Part shown: positions 1-12,990 of the stretch, piece after piece
How positions within the stretch are numbered: the stretch's first letter is position 1
Layout of the letters: every line of letters begins with the position of its first letter
Assembly (NCBI GenBank): GCA_964016885.1
Contig: OZ024740.1
Location: 77,252,001-77,316,000 of the forward strand
Direction: 5' to 3'
DNA: 64,000 bases
Source of the DNA: Eledone cirrhosa
Lineage: Eukaryota
Translations under genes and position numbers: made by a program
The notes under the pieces: model-generated
What the model was told of the DNA's origin: nothing
What the model saw: only the letters and a program-made list of their open reading frames with translations
Databases searched by the model: none

Positions 1-1314
1 TTGGTGTTGGTGTTGGTGGTGGGGTTGGAGTGCTGTTGATGTTAATGTTGGTGTTGTTAGCGATGGTATTGGAGTTGGCGTTGGTGTTGGTGGTGGCTCT
101 GGAGTGCTGTTAATGTTGATGTTGGTGTTGTTAGCGATGGTATTGGAGTTGGGGTTGGTGTTGGTGTTGGGGCTGGAATGCTGTTTATGTTGATGTTGGT
201 GTTGTTAGCGATGGTATTGGATTCGGCGTTGGTGTTGGTGTTGGTGGTGGGGTTGGAGTGCTGTTGATGTTAATGTTGGTGTTGTTAGCGAAGGTATTGG
301 ATTTGGCGTTGGTGTTGGTGTTGGTGGTGGGGTTGGAGTGCTGTTGATGTTCATGTTGGTGTTGTTAGCGATGGTATGGGAGTTGGTGTTGGATTTGGTG
401 TTCGGGCTGGAGTGCTGTTGATGATGATGTTGGTGTTGTTAGCGATGGTATTGGTGTTGGTGTTGGTGTTGGTGGTGGGGTTGGAGTGCTGTTGATGTTG
501 ATGTTGGTGTTGTTAGGGATCGTATTGGAGTTGGCGTTGGTGTTGGTGTTGGGGCTGGAGTGCTGTTGATGTTGATATTGGTGTTGTTAGCGATGGTATT
601 GGAGTTGGTGTTGGAGTTGGTGTTGAGGCTGGAGTGCTGTTCATGTTGATGTTGGTGTTGTTAGCGATGGTATTGGAGTTGGCGTTGGTGTTGGTGTTGG
701 TGCTGTGGCTGGAGTGCTGTTGATGTTGATGTTAGCGTTGTTAGCGATGGTATTGGAGTTGGCGTCGGTGTTGGTGTTGGTGGTGGGGCTGGAGTGCTGT
801 TGATGTTGATGTTGGTGTTGTTAGCGATGATATGGGAGTTGGCATTGGTGTTGGTGGTGGGGCTGGAGTGCTGTTGATGTTGATGTTGGTGTTGTTAGCG
901 ATAGTATTGGAGTTGGTGTTGGTGGTGGGGCTGGACTGCTGTTGATGTTGATGTTGGTGTTGTTAGCGATGGTATTGGAGTTGGCATTGGTGTTGGTGGT
1001 GGAGCTGCAGTGCTGTTGATGTTGATGTTGGTGTTGTTAGCGATGGTATTGGAGTTGGCGTTGGTGTTAGTGTTGGTGGTGGGGTTGGAGTGCTGTTTAT
1101 GTTGATGTTGGTGTTGTTAGCGATGGTATTGGAGTTGGTGTTGGTGTTGGTGTTGGTGGTGTGGCTGGAGTGCTGTTGATGTTGATGTTGGTGTTGTTAG
1201 CGTTGGTATTGGAGTTGGCATTGGTGTTGGTGTTGGGGCTGGAGTGCTGTTGTTGTTGATGTTGGTGTTGTTAGCGATGGTATTGGAGTTGGCGTTGGTG
1301 TTGGTGGTGGGGCT

Positions 1315-4300
1315 GGAGTGCTGTTGATGTTGATGTTGGTGTTGTTAGTGATGGTATTGGAGTTGGTGTCGTATCGGTGGTGGTCGCGGTGCTGGAGCGC
1401 TGTTGATGTTGATGTTGGTGTTGCTAGCCATGGTATTGGAGTTGGTGTTGGTGTTGGTGGTGGGGCTGGAGTGCTGTTGATGTTGATGTTGGTGTTGTTA
1501 GCGATGGTATTGGAGTTGGCGATGGTTTTGGTGTTGGTGGTGGGGTTGGAGTGCTGTTGATGTTAATGTTGGTGTTGTTAGCGATGGTATTGGAGTTGGC
1601 GTTGGTGTTGGTGGTGGGGCTGGAGTGCTGTTGATGTTGATGCTGGTGTTGTTAGTGATGGTATTGGAGTTGGCGTTGGTGTTGGTGGTGGGGCTGGAGT
1701 GTTGCTGATGTTGATGTTGGTGTTGTTAGGGATGGTATTGGAGTTGGCGTTGGTGTTGGTGGTGGCTCTGGAGTGCTGTTAATGTTGATGTTGGTGTTAA
1801 GCGATGGTATTGGAGTTGGGGCTGGAATGCTGTTTATGTTGATGTTGGTGTTGTTAGCGATGGTATTGGATTCGGCGTTGGTGTTGGTGTTGGTGGTTGG
1901 GTTGGAGTGCTGTTGATGTTAATGTTGGTGTTGTTAGCGATGGTATTGGATTTGGCGTTGGTGTTGGTGTTGGTGGTGGGGTTGGAGTGCTGTTGATGTT
2001 CATGTTGGTGTTGTTAGCGATGGTATGGGAGTTGGTGTTGGATTTGGTGTTCGGGCTGGAGTGCTGTTGATGTTGATGTTGGTGTTGTTAGCGATGGTAT
2101 TGGTGTTGGTGTTGGTGTTGGTGTTGGTGGTGGGGCTGGAGTGCTGTTGATGTTGATGTTGGTGTTGTTAGGGATCGTATTGGAGTTGGTGGTGGGGTTG
2201 GTGTTGGGGCTGGAGTGCTGTTGATGTTGATATTGGTGTTGTTAGCGATGGTATTGGAGTTGGTGTTGGAGTTGGTGTTGAGGCTGGAGTGCTGTTGATT
2301 TTGATATTGGTGTTGTTAGCGATGGTATTGGAGTTGGTGTTGGAGTTGTGGGTGGGGCTGGAGTGCTGTTGATGTTGATGTTGGTGTTGTTAGCGATGGT
2401 ATTGGACTTGGCGTTGGTGTTGGTTGTGGGGCTGGAGTGCTGATGATGTTGATGTTGGTGTTGTTAGCGATGGTATTGGAGTTGGCGTTGGTGTTGGTGT
2501 TGGTGTTGGTGGTGCGGCTGGAGTGCTGTTGATGTTGATGTTGGTTTTGTTAGCGATGGTATTGGAGTTGGCGTTGATGTTGGTGTTGGTGGTGGGGTTG
2601 GAGTGCTGTTGATGTTGATGTTGGTGTTGTTAGCGATGGTATTGGAGTTGGCGTTGGTGTTGGTTGTGCGGCTGGAGTGCTGATGATGTTGATGTTGGTG
2701 TTGTTAGCGATGGTATTGGAGTTGGCGTTGATGTTGGTGTTGGTGGTGGGGTTGGAGTGCTGTTGATGTTGATGTTGGTTTTGTTAGCGATGGTATTGGA
2801 GTTGGTGTTGGTGGTGGGGCTGGAGTGCTGTTGATGTTGATGTTGGTGTTGTTAGCGATGGTATTGGAGTTGGGGTTGGAGTTGTGGGTGGGGCTGGAGT
2901 GCTGTTGATGTTGATATTGGTGTTGTTAGCGATGGTATTGGAGTTGGTGTTGGTGTAGGTGTTGGGGCTGGAGTGCTGTTGATGTTGATGTTGGTGTTGT
3001 TAGCGATGGTATTGGATTTGGCGTTGGTGTTGGTGGTGGGGCTGGAGTGCTGTTGATGTTGATGTTGGTGTTGTTAGCGATGGTATTGGAGTTGGGGTTG
3101 GTGTTGGTGGTGGGGCTGGAGTGCTGTTGATGTTGATGTTGGTGTTGTTAGCGATGGTATTGGAGTTGGGGTTGGCGTTGGTGGTGGGGCTGGAGTGCTG
3201 TTGATGTTGATGTTGGTGTTGTTAGCGATGGTATTGGAGTTGGTGTTGGTGTTGGTGGTGGGGCTGGAGTGCTGTTGATGTTGATGTTGGTGTTGTTAGC
3301 GATGGTATTGGAGTTGGCGTTGGTGTTGGTGGTGGGGCTGGAGTGCTGTTGATGTTGATGTTGGTGTTGTTAGCGATGATTTTGGTGTCGGCGTTGGTGT
3401 TGCTGGTGGGGCTGGAGTGCTGTTGATGTTGATGTTGGTGTTGTTAGCGATGGTATTGGAGTTGGCGTTGGTGTTGGTGTTGGTGGTGGGGCTGGAGTGC
3501 TGTTGATGTTGATGTTGGTGTTGTTAGCGATGGTATTGGAGTTGGTGTTGGTGTTGGTGTTGGTGGTGTGGCTGGAGTTCTGTTGATGTTGATGTTGGTG
3601 TTGTTAGCGATGGTATTGGAGTTGGCGATGGTGTTGGTGTTGGTGGTGGGGCTGGAGTGCTGTTGATGTTGATGTTGGTGTTGTTAGCGATGGGATTGGA
3701 GTTGGTGTTGGTGTTGGTGTTGGTGGTGTGGCTGGAGTTCTGTTGATGTTGATGTTGGTGTTGTTAGCGATGGTATTGGAGTTGGCGATGGTGTTGGTGT
3801 TGGTGGTGGGGCTGGAGTGCTGTTGATGTTGATGTTGGTGTCGTTAGCTATGGTATTGGAGTTGGTGTTGGTGGTGGGGCTGGAGTGCTGTTGATGTTGA
3901 TGTTGGTGTTGTTAGCGATGGTATTGGAGTTGGTGTTGGTGTTGGTGGTGGGGCTGGAGTGCTGTTGATGTTGATGTTGGTGTTGTTAGCGATGGTATTG
4001 GAGTTGGGGTTGGTGTTGGTGGTAGGGCTGGAGTGCTGTTGATGTTGATGTTGGTGTTGTTAGTGATGGTATTGGAGTTGGTGTCGTATCGGTGGTGGTC
4101 GCGGTGCTGGAGCGCTGTTGATGTTGATGTTGGTGTTGCTAGCCATGGTATTGGAGTTGGTGTTGGTGTTGGTGGTGGGGCTGGAGTGCTGTTGATGTTG
4201 ATGTTGGTGTTGTTAGCGATGGTATTGGAGTTGGCGTTGGTGTTGGTGTTGGTGGTGGGGTTGGAGTGCTGTTGATGTTAATGTTGGTGTTGTTAGCGAT

Positions 4301-7300
4301 GGTATTGGAGTTGGCGTTGGTGTTGGTGGTGGGGCTGGAGTGCTGTTGATGTTGATGCTGGTGTTGTTAGTGATGGTATTGGAGTTGGCGTTGGTGTTGG
4401 TGGTGGGGCTGGAGTGTTGCTGATGTTGATGTTGGTGTTGTTAGGGATGGTATTGGAGTTGGCGTTGGTGTTGGTGGTGGCTCTGGAGTGCTGTTAATGT
4501 TGATGTTGGTGTTGTTAGCGATGGTATTGGAGTTGGGGTTGGTGTTGGTGGTGGGGCTGGAATGCTGTTTATGTTGATGTTGGTGTTGTTAGCGATGGTA
4601 TTGGATTCGGCGTTGGTGTTGGTGTTGGTGGTTGGGTTGGAGTGCTGTTGATGTTAATGTTGGTGTTGTTAGCGATGGTATTGGATTTGGCGTTGGTGTT
4701 GGTGTTGGTGGTGGGGTTGGAGTGCTGTTGATGTTCATGTTGGTGTTGTTAGCGATGGTATGGGAGTTGGTGTTGGATTTGGTGTTCGGGCTGGAGTGCT
4801 GTTGATGCTGATGTTGGTGTTGTTAGCGATGGTATTGGTGTTGGTGTTGGTGTTGGTGTTGGTGGTGGGGTTGGAGTGCTGTTGATGTTGATGTTGGTGT
4901 TGTTAGGGATCGTATTGGAGTTGGCGTTGGTGTTGGTGTTGGGGCTGGAGTGCTGTTGATGTTGATATTGGTGTTGTTAGCGATGGTATTGGAGTTGGTG
5001 TTGGAGTTGGTGTTGAGGCTGGAGTGCTGTTGATTTTGATATTGGTGTTGTTAGCGATGGTATTGGAGTTGGTGTTGGAGTTGTGGGTGGGGCTGGAGTG
5101 CTGTTGATGTTGATGTTGGTGTTGTTAGCGATGGTATTGGACTTGGCGTTGGTGTTGGTTGTGGGGCTGGAGTGCTGATGATGTTGATGTTGGTGTTGTT
5201 AGCGATGGTATTGGAGTTGGCGTTGGTGTTGGTGTTGGTGTTGGTGGTGCGGCTGGAGTGCTGTTGATGTTGATGTTGGTTTTGTTAGCGATGGTATTGG
5301 AGTTGGCGTTGATGTTGGTGTTGGTGGTGGGGTTGGAGTGCTGTTGATGTTGATGTTGGTGTTGTTAGCGATGGTATTGGAGTTGGCGTTGGTGTTGGTT
5401 GTGCGGCTGGAGTGCTGATGATGTTGATGTTGGTGTTGTTAGCGATGGTATTGGAGTTGGCGTTGATGTTGGTGTTGGTGGTGGGGTTGGAGTGCTGTTG
5501 ATGTTGATGTTGGTTTTGTTAGCGATGGTATTGGAGTTGGTGTTGGTGGTGGGGCTGGAGTGCTGTTGATGTTGATGTTGGTGTTGTTAGCGATGGTATT
5601 GGAGTTGGGGTTGGAGTTGTGGGTGGGGCTGGAGTGCTGTTGATGTTGATATTGGTGTTGTTAGCGATGGTATTGGAGTTGGTGTTGGTGTAGGTGTTGG
5701 GGCTGGAGTGCTGTTGATGTTGATGTTGGTGTTGTTAGCGATGGTATTGGATTTGGCGTTGGTGTTGGTGGTGGGGCTGGAGTGCTGTTGATGTTGATGT
5801 TGGTGTTGTTAGCGATGGTATTGGAGTTGGGGTTGGTGTTGGTGGTGGGGCTGGAGTGCTGTTGATGTTGATGTTGGTGTTGTTAGCGATGGTATTGGAG
5901 TTGGGGTTGGCGTTGGTGGTGGGGCTGGAGTGCTGTTGATGTTGATGTTGGTGTTGTTAGCGATGGTATTGGAGTTGGTGTTGGTGTTGGTGGTGGGGCT
6001 GGAGTGCTGTTGATGTTGATGTTGGTGTTGTTAGCGATGGTATTGGAGTTGGCGTTGGTGTTGGTGGTGGGGCTGGAGTGCTGTTGATGTTGATGTTGGT
6101 GTTGTTAGCGATGATTTTGGTGTCGGCGTTGGTGTTGCTGGTGGGGCTGGAGTGCTGTTGATGTTGATGTTGGTGTTGTTAGCGATGGTATTGGAGTTGG
6201 CGTTGGTGTTGGTGTTGGTGGTGGGGCTGGAGTGCTGTTGATGTTGATGTTGGTGTTGTTAGCGATGGTATTGGAGTTGGTGTTGGTGTTGGTGTTGGTG
6301 GTGTGGCTGGAGTTCTGTTGATGTTGATGTTGGTGTTGTTAGCGATGTTATTGGAGTTGGCGATGGTGTTGGTGTTGGTGGTGGGGCTGGAGTGCTGTTG
6401 ATGTTGATGTTGGTGTTGTTAGCGATGGGATTGGAGTTGTCGTTTGTGTTAGTGTTTATGGTGGGGCTGGAGTGCTGTTGATGTTGATGTTGGTGTTGTT
6501 AGCGATGGTATTGGAGTTGGTGTTGGTGTTGGTGTTGGTGGTGTGGCTGGAGTTCTGTTGATGTTGATGTTGGTGTTGTTAGCGATGGTATTGGAGTTGG
6601 CGATGGTGTTGGTGTTGGTGGTGGGGCTGGAGTGCTGTTGATGTTGATGTTGGTGTCGTTAGCGATGGTATTGGAGTTGGTGTTGGTGGTGGGGCTGGAG
6701 TGCTGTTGATGTTGATGTTGGTGTTGTTAGCGATGGTATTGGAGTTGGTGTTGGTGGTGGGGCTGGAGTGCTGTTGATGTTGATGTTGGTGTTGTTAGCG
6801 ATGGTATTGGAGTTGGGGTTGGTGTTGGTGGTAGGGCTGGAGTGCTGTTGATGTTGATGTTGGTGTTGTTAGTGATGGTATTGGAGTTGGTGTCGTATCG
6901 GTGGTGGTCGCGGTGCTGGAGCGCTGTTGATGTTGATGTTGGTGTTGCTAGCCATGGTATTGGAGTTGGTGTTGGTGTTGGTGGTGGGGCTGGAGTGCTG
7001 TTGATGTTGATGTTGGTGTTGTTAGCGATGGTATTGGAGTTGGCGTTGGTGTTGGTGTTGGTGGTGGGGTTGGAGTGCTGTTGATGTTAATGTTGGTGTT
7101 GTTAGCGATGGTATTGGAGTTGGCGTTGGTGTTGGTGGTGGGGCTGGAGTGCTGTTGATGTTGATGCTGGTGTTGTTAGTGATGGTATTGGAGTTGGCGT
7201 TGGTGTTGGTGGTGGGGCTGGAGTGTTGCTGATGTTGATGTTGGTGTTGTTAGGGATGGTATTGGAGTTGGCGTTGGTGTTGGTGGTGGCTCTGGAGTGC

Positions 7301-10300
7301 TGTTAATGTTGATGTTGGTGTTGTTAGCGATGGTATTGGAGTTGGGGTTGAGGTTGGTGGTGGGGCTGGAATGCTGTTTATGTTGATGTTGGTGTTGTTA
7401 GCGATGGTATTGGATTCGGCGTTGGTGTTGGTGTTGGTGGTTGGGTTGGAGTGCTGTTGATGTTAATGTTGGTGTTGTTAGCGATGGTATTGGATTTGGC
7501 GTTGGTGTTGGTGTTGGTGGTGGGGTTGGAGTGCTGTTGATGTTCATGTTGGTGTTGTTAGCGATGGTATGGGAGTTGGTGTTGGATTTGGTGTTCGGGC
7601 TGGAGTGCTGTTGATGTTGATGTTGGTGTTGTTAGCGATGGTATTGGTGTTGGTGTTGGTGTTGGTGTTGGTGGTGGGGTTGGAGTGCTGTTGATGTTGA
7701 TGTTGGTGTTGTTAGGGATCGTATTGGAGTTGGCGTTGGTGTTGGTGTTGGGGCTGGAGTGCTGTTGATGTTGATATTGGTGTTGTTAGCGATGGTATTG
7801 GAGTTGGTGTTGGAGTTGGTGTTGAGGCTGGAGTGCTGTTGATTTTGATATTGGTGTTGTTAGCGATGGTATTGGACTTGGCGTTGGTGTTGGTTGTGGG
7901 GCTGGAGTGCTGATGATGTTGATGTTGGTGTTGTTAGCGATGGTATTGGAGTTGGCGTTGGTGTTGGTGTTGGTGGTGCGGCTGGAGTGCTGTTGATGTT
8001 GATGTTGGTTTTGTTAGCGATGGTATTGGAGTTGGCGTTGATGTTGGTGTTGGTGGTGGGGTTGGAGTGCTGTTGATGTTGATGTTGGTGTTGTTAGCGA
8101 TGGTATTGGAGTTGGCGTTGGTGTTGGTTGTGCGGCTGGAGTGCTGATGATGTTGATGTTGGTGTTGTTAGCGATGGTATTGGAGTTGGCGTTGATGTTG
8201 GTGTTGGTGGTGGGGTTGGAGTGCTGTTGATGTTGATGTTGGTTTTGTTAGCGATGGTATTGGAGTTGGTGTTGGTGGTGGGGCTGGAGTGCTGTTGATG
8301 TTGATGTTGGTGTTGTTAGCGATGGTATTGGAGTTGGGGTTGGAGTTGTGGGTGGGGCTGGAGTGCTGTTGATGTTGATATTGGTGTTGTTAGCGATGGT
8401 ATTGGAGTTGGTGTTGGAGTTGGTGTTGAGGCTGGAGTGCTGTTGATTTTGATATTGGTGTTGTTAGCGATGGTATTGGAGTTGGTGTTGGAGTTGTGGG
8501 TGGGGCTGGAGTGCTGTTGATGTTGATGTTGGTGTTGTTAGCGATGGTATTGGACTTGGCGTTGGTGTTGGTTGTGGGGCTGGAGTGCTGATGATGTTGA
8601 TGTTGGTGTTGTTAGCGATGGTATTGGAGTTGGCGTTGGTGTTGGTGTTGGTGTTGGTGGTGCGGCTGGAGTGCTGTTGATGTTGATGTTGGTTTTGTTA
8701 GCGATGGTATTGGAGTTGGCGTTGATGTTGGTGTTGGTGGTGGGGTTGGAGTGCTGTTGATGTTGATGTTGGTGTTGTTAGCGATGGTATTGGAGTTGGC
8801 GTTGGTGTTGGTTGTGCGGCTGGAGTGCTGATGATGTTGATGTTGGTGTTGTTAGCGATGGTATTGGAGTTGGCGTTGATGTTGGTGTTGGTGGTGGGGT
8901 TGGAGTGCTGTTGATGTTGATGTTGGTTTTGTTAGCGATGGTATTGGAGTTGGTGTTGGTGGTGGGGCTGGAGTGCTGTTGATGTTGATGTTGGTGTTGT
9001 TAGCGATGGTATTGGAGTTGGGGTTGGAGTTGTGGGTGGGGCTGGAGTGCTGTTGATGTTGATATTGGTGTTGTTAGCGATGGTATTGGAGTTGGTGTTG
9101 GTGTAGGTGTTGGGGCTGGAGTGCTGTTGATGTTGATGTTGGTGTTGTTAGCGATGGTATTGGATTTGGCGTTGGTGTTGGTGGTGGGGCTGGAGTGCTG
9201 TTGATGTTGATGTTGGTGTTGTTAGCGATGGTATTGGAGTTGGGGTTGGTGTTGGTGGTGGGGCTGGAGTGCTGTTGATGTTGATGTTGGTGTTGTTAGC
9301 GATGGTATTGGAGTTGGGGTTGGCGTTGGTGGTGGGGCTGGAGTGCTGTTGATGTTGATGTTGGTGTTGTTAGCGATGGTATTGGAGTTGGTGTTGGTGT
9401 TGGTGGTGGGGCTGGAGTGCTGTTGATGTTGATGTTGGTGTTGTTAGCGATGGTATTGGAGTTGGCGTTGGTGTTGGTGGTGGGGCTGGAGTGCTGTTGA
9501 TGTTGATGTTGGTGTTGTTAGCGATGATTTTGGTGTCGGCGTTGGTGTTGCTGGTGGGGCTGGAGTGCTGTTGATGTTGATGTTGGTGTTGTTAGCGATG
9601 GTATTGGAGTTGGCGTTGGTGTTGGTGTTGGTGGTGGGGCTGGAGTGCTGTTGATGTTGATGTTGGTGTTGTTAGCGATGGTATTGGAGTTGGTGTTGGT
9701 GTTGGTGTTGGTGGTGTGGCTGGAGTTCTGTTGATGTTGATGTTGGTGTTGTTAGCGATGTTATTGGAGTTGGCGATGGTGTTGGTGTTGGTGGTGGGGC
9801 TGGAGTGCTGTTGATGTTGATGTTGGTGTTGTTAGCGATGGGATTGGAGTTGTCGTTTGTGTTAGTGTTTATGGTGGGGCTGGAGTGCTGTTGATGTTGA
9901 TGTTGGTGTTGTTAGCGATGGTATTGGAGTTGGTGTTGGTGTTGGTGTTGGTGGTGTGGCTGGAGTTCTGTTGATGTTGATGTTGGTGTTGTTAGCGATG
10001 GTATTGGAGTTGGCGATGGTGTTGGTGTTGGTGGTGGGGCTGGAGTGCTGTTGATGTTGATGTTGGTGTCGTTAGCGATGGTATTGGAGTTGGTGTTGGT
10101 GGTGGGGCTGGAGTGCTGTTGATGTTGATGTTGGTGTTGTTAGCGATGGTATTGGAGTTGGTGTTGGTGGTGGGGCTGGAGTGCTGTTGATGTTGATGTT
10201 GGTGTTGTTAGCGATGGTATTGGAGTTGGGGTTGGTGTTGGTGGTAGGGCTGGAGTGCTGTTGATGTTGATGTTGGTGTTGTTAGTGATGGTATTGGAGT

Positions 10301-12990
10301 TGGTGTCGTATCGGTGGTGGTCGCGGTGCTGGAGCGCTGTTGATGTTGATGTTGGTGTTGCTAGCCATGGTATTGGAGTTGGTGTTGGTGTTGGTGGTGG
10401 GGCTGGAGTGCTGTTGATGTTGATGTTGGTGTTGTTAGCGATGGTATTGGAGTTGGCGTTGGTGTTGGTGTTGGTGGTGGGGTTGGAGTGCTGTTGATGT
10501 TAATGTTGGTGTTGTTAGCGATGGTATTGGAGTTGGCGTTGGTGTTGGTGGTGGGGCTGGAGTGCTGTTGATGTTGATGCTGGTGTTGTTAGTGATGGTA
10601 TTGGAGTTGGCGTTGGTGTTGGTGGTGGGGCTGGAGTGTTGCTGATGTTGATGTTGGTGTTGTTAGGGATGGTATTGGAGTTGGCGTTGGTGTTGGTGGT
10701 GGCTCTGGAGTGCTGTTAATGTTGATGTTGGTGTTGTTAGCGATGGTATTGGAGTTGGGGTTGAGGTTGGTGGTGGGGCTGGAATGCTGTTTATGTTGAT
10801 GTTGGTGTTGTTAGCGATGGTATTGGATTCGGCGTTGGTGTTGGTGTTGGTGGTTGGGTTGGAGTGCTGTTGATGTTAATGTTGGTGTTGTTAGCGATGG
10901 TATTGGATTTGGCGTTGGTGTTGGTGTTGGTGGTGGGGTTGGAGTGCTGTTGATGTTCATGTTGGTGTTGTTAGCGATGGTATGGGAGTTGGTGTTGGAT
11001 TTGGTGTTCGGGCTGGAGTGCTGTTGATGTTGATGTTGGTGTTGTTAGCGATGGTATTGGTGTTGGTGTTGGTGTTGGTGTTGGTGGTGGGGTTGGAGTG
11101 CTGTTGATGTTGATGTTGGTGTTGTTAGGGATCGTATTGGAGTTGGCGTTGGTGTTGGTGTTGGGGCTGGAGTGCTGTTGATGTTGATATTGGTGTTGTT
11201 AGCGATGGTATTGGAGTTGGTGTTGGAGTTGGTGTTGAGGCTGGAGTGCTGTTGATTTTGATATTGGTGTTGTTAGCGATGGTATTGGACTTGGCGTTGG
11301 TGTTGGTTGTGGGGCTGGAGTGCTGATGATGTTGATGTTGGTGTTGTTAGCGATGGTATTGGAGTTGGCGTTGGTGTTGGTGTTGGTGGTGCGGCTGGAG
11401 TGCTGTTGATGTTGATGTTGGTTTTGTTAGCGATGGTATTGGAGTTGGCGTTGATGTTGGTGTTGGTGGTGGGGTTGGAGTGCTGTTGATGTTGATGTTG
11501 GTGTTGTTAGCGATGGTATTGGAGTTGGCGTTGGTGTTGGTTGTGCGGCTGGAGTGCTGATGATGTTGATGTTGGTGTTGTTAGCGATGGTATTGGAGTT
11601 GGCGTTGATGTTGGTGTTGGTGGTGGGGTTGGAGTGCTGTTGATGTTGATGTTGGTTTTGTTAGCGATGGTATTGGAGTTGGTGTTGGTGGTGGGGCTGG
11701 AGTGCTGTTGATGTTGATGTTGGTGTTGTTAGCGATGGTATTGGAGTTGGGGTTGGAGTTGTGGGTGGGGCTGGAGTGCTGTTGATGTTGATATTGGTGT
11801 TGTTAGCGATGGTATTGGAGTTGGTGTTGGTGTAGGTGTTGGGGCTGGAGTGCTGTTGATGTTGATGTTGGTGTTGTTAGCGATGGTATTGGATTTGGCG
11901 TTGGTGTTGGTGGTGGGGCTGGAGTGCTGTTGATGTTGATGTTGGTGTTGTTAGCGATGGTATTGGAGTTGGGGTTGGTGTTGGTGGTGGGGCTGGAGTG
12001 CTGTTGATGTTGATGTTGGTGTTGTTAGCGATGGTATTGGAGTTGGGGTTGGCGTTGGTGGTGGGGCTGGAGTGCTGTTGATGTTGATGTTGGTGTTGTT
12101 AGCGATGGTATTGGAGTTGGTGTTGGTGTTGGTGGTGGGGCTGGAGTGCTGTTGATGTTGATGTTGGTGTTGTTAGCGATGGTATTGGAGTTGGCGTTGG
12201 TGTTGGTGGTGGGGCTGGAGTGCTGTTGATGTTGATGTTGGTGTTGTTAGCGATGATTTTGGTGTCGGCGTTGGTGTTGCTGGTGGGGCTGGAGTGCTGT
12301 TGATGTTGATGTTGGTGTTGTTAGCGATGGTATTGGAGTTGGCGTTGGTGTTGGTGTTGGTGGTGGGGCTGGAGTGCTGTTGATGTTGATGTTGGTGTTG
12401 TTAGCGATGGTATTGGTGTTGGTGTTGGTGTTGGTGTTGGTGGTGTGGCTGGAGTTCTGTTGATGTTGATGTTGGTGTTGTTAGCGATGGTATTGGAGTT
12501 GGCGATGGTGTTGGTGTTGGTGGTGGGGCTGGAGTGCTGTTGATGTTGATGTTGGTGTTGTTAGCGATGGGATTGGAGTTGTCGTTTGTGTTAGTGTTTA
12601 TGGTGGGGCTGGAGTGCTGTTGATGTTGATGTTGGTGTTGTTAGCGATGTTATTGGAGTTGGTGTTGGTGTTGGTGTTGGTGGTGTGGCTGGAGTTCTGT
12701 TGATGTTGATGTTGGTGTTGTTAGCGATGGTATTGGAGTTGGCGATGGTGTTGGTGTTGGTGGTGGGGCTGGAGTGCTGTTGATGTTGATGTTGGTGTCG
12801 TTAGCGATGGTATTGGAGTTGGTGTTGGTGGTGGGGCTGGAGTGCTGTTGATGTTGATGTTGGTGTTGTTAGCGATGGTATTGGAGTTGGTGTTGGTGTT
12901 GGTGGTGGGACTGGAGTGCTGTTGATGTTGATGTTGGTGTTGTTAGCGATGGTATTGGAGTTGGGGTTGGTGTTGGTGGTAGGGCTGGAG
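1315..12990. repeat. HOR domain A: ~2.7-2.8 kb unit (~36-37 monomers), 4 copies, plus a partial related copy at ~1-640
   Basis: The marker monomer GTCGTATCGGTGGTGGTCGCGGTGCTGGAGCG recurs (ORF track starts 1318, 4033, 6842, 10255; spacings 2715, 2809, 3413). Other markers (GGCTCTGG, GGATTCGG, GTTCGGGCT, GGGATCGTA, GGACTTGG, GTGTAGG, GTAGGGCT) recur in the same order in each copy. Confidence 0.93.
4950..11825. repeat. 3413-bp tandem duplication superimposed on HOR domain A (junction ~8360-8415)
   Basis: Constant offset of 3413 between identical ORFs: 5159/8572, 6842/10255, 7894/11307. Private variants such as GGTTGAGGTTGG (~7346/10759) and GCGATGTTATT (~6342/9755) are shared at the same offset. 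Confidence 0.9.

Noticed and set aside
513-518. TTAGGG telomere hexamers (also ~1725, ~2168, ~32189, ~35225)
   Set aside because: These are isolated single C>G variants of the core TTAGCG and never occur in tandem.
3402-3409. E. coli Chi site GCTGGTGG (with HOR copies)
   Set aside because: It is a one-base variant of the arm, expected by chance in this composition, and there is no sign of a bacterial context.
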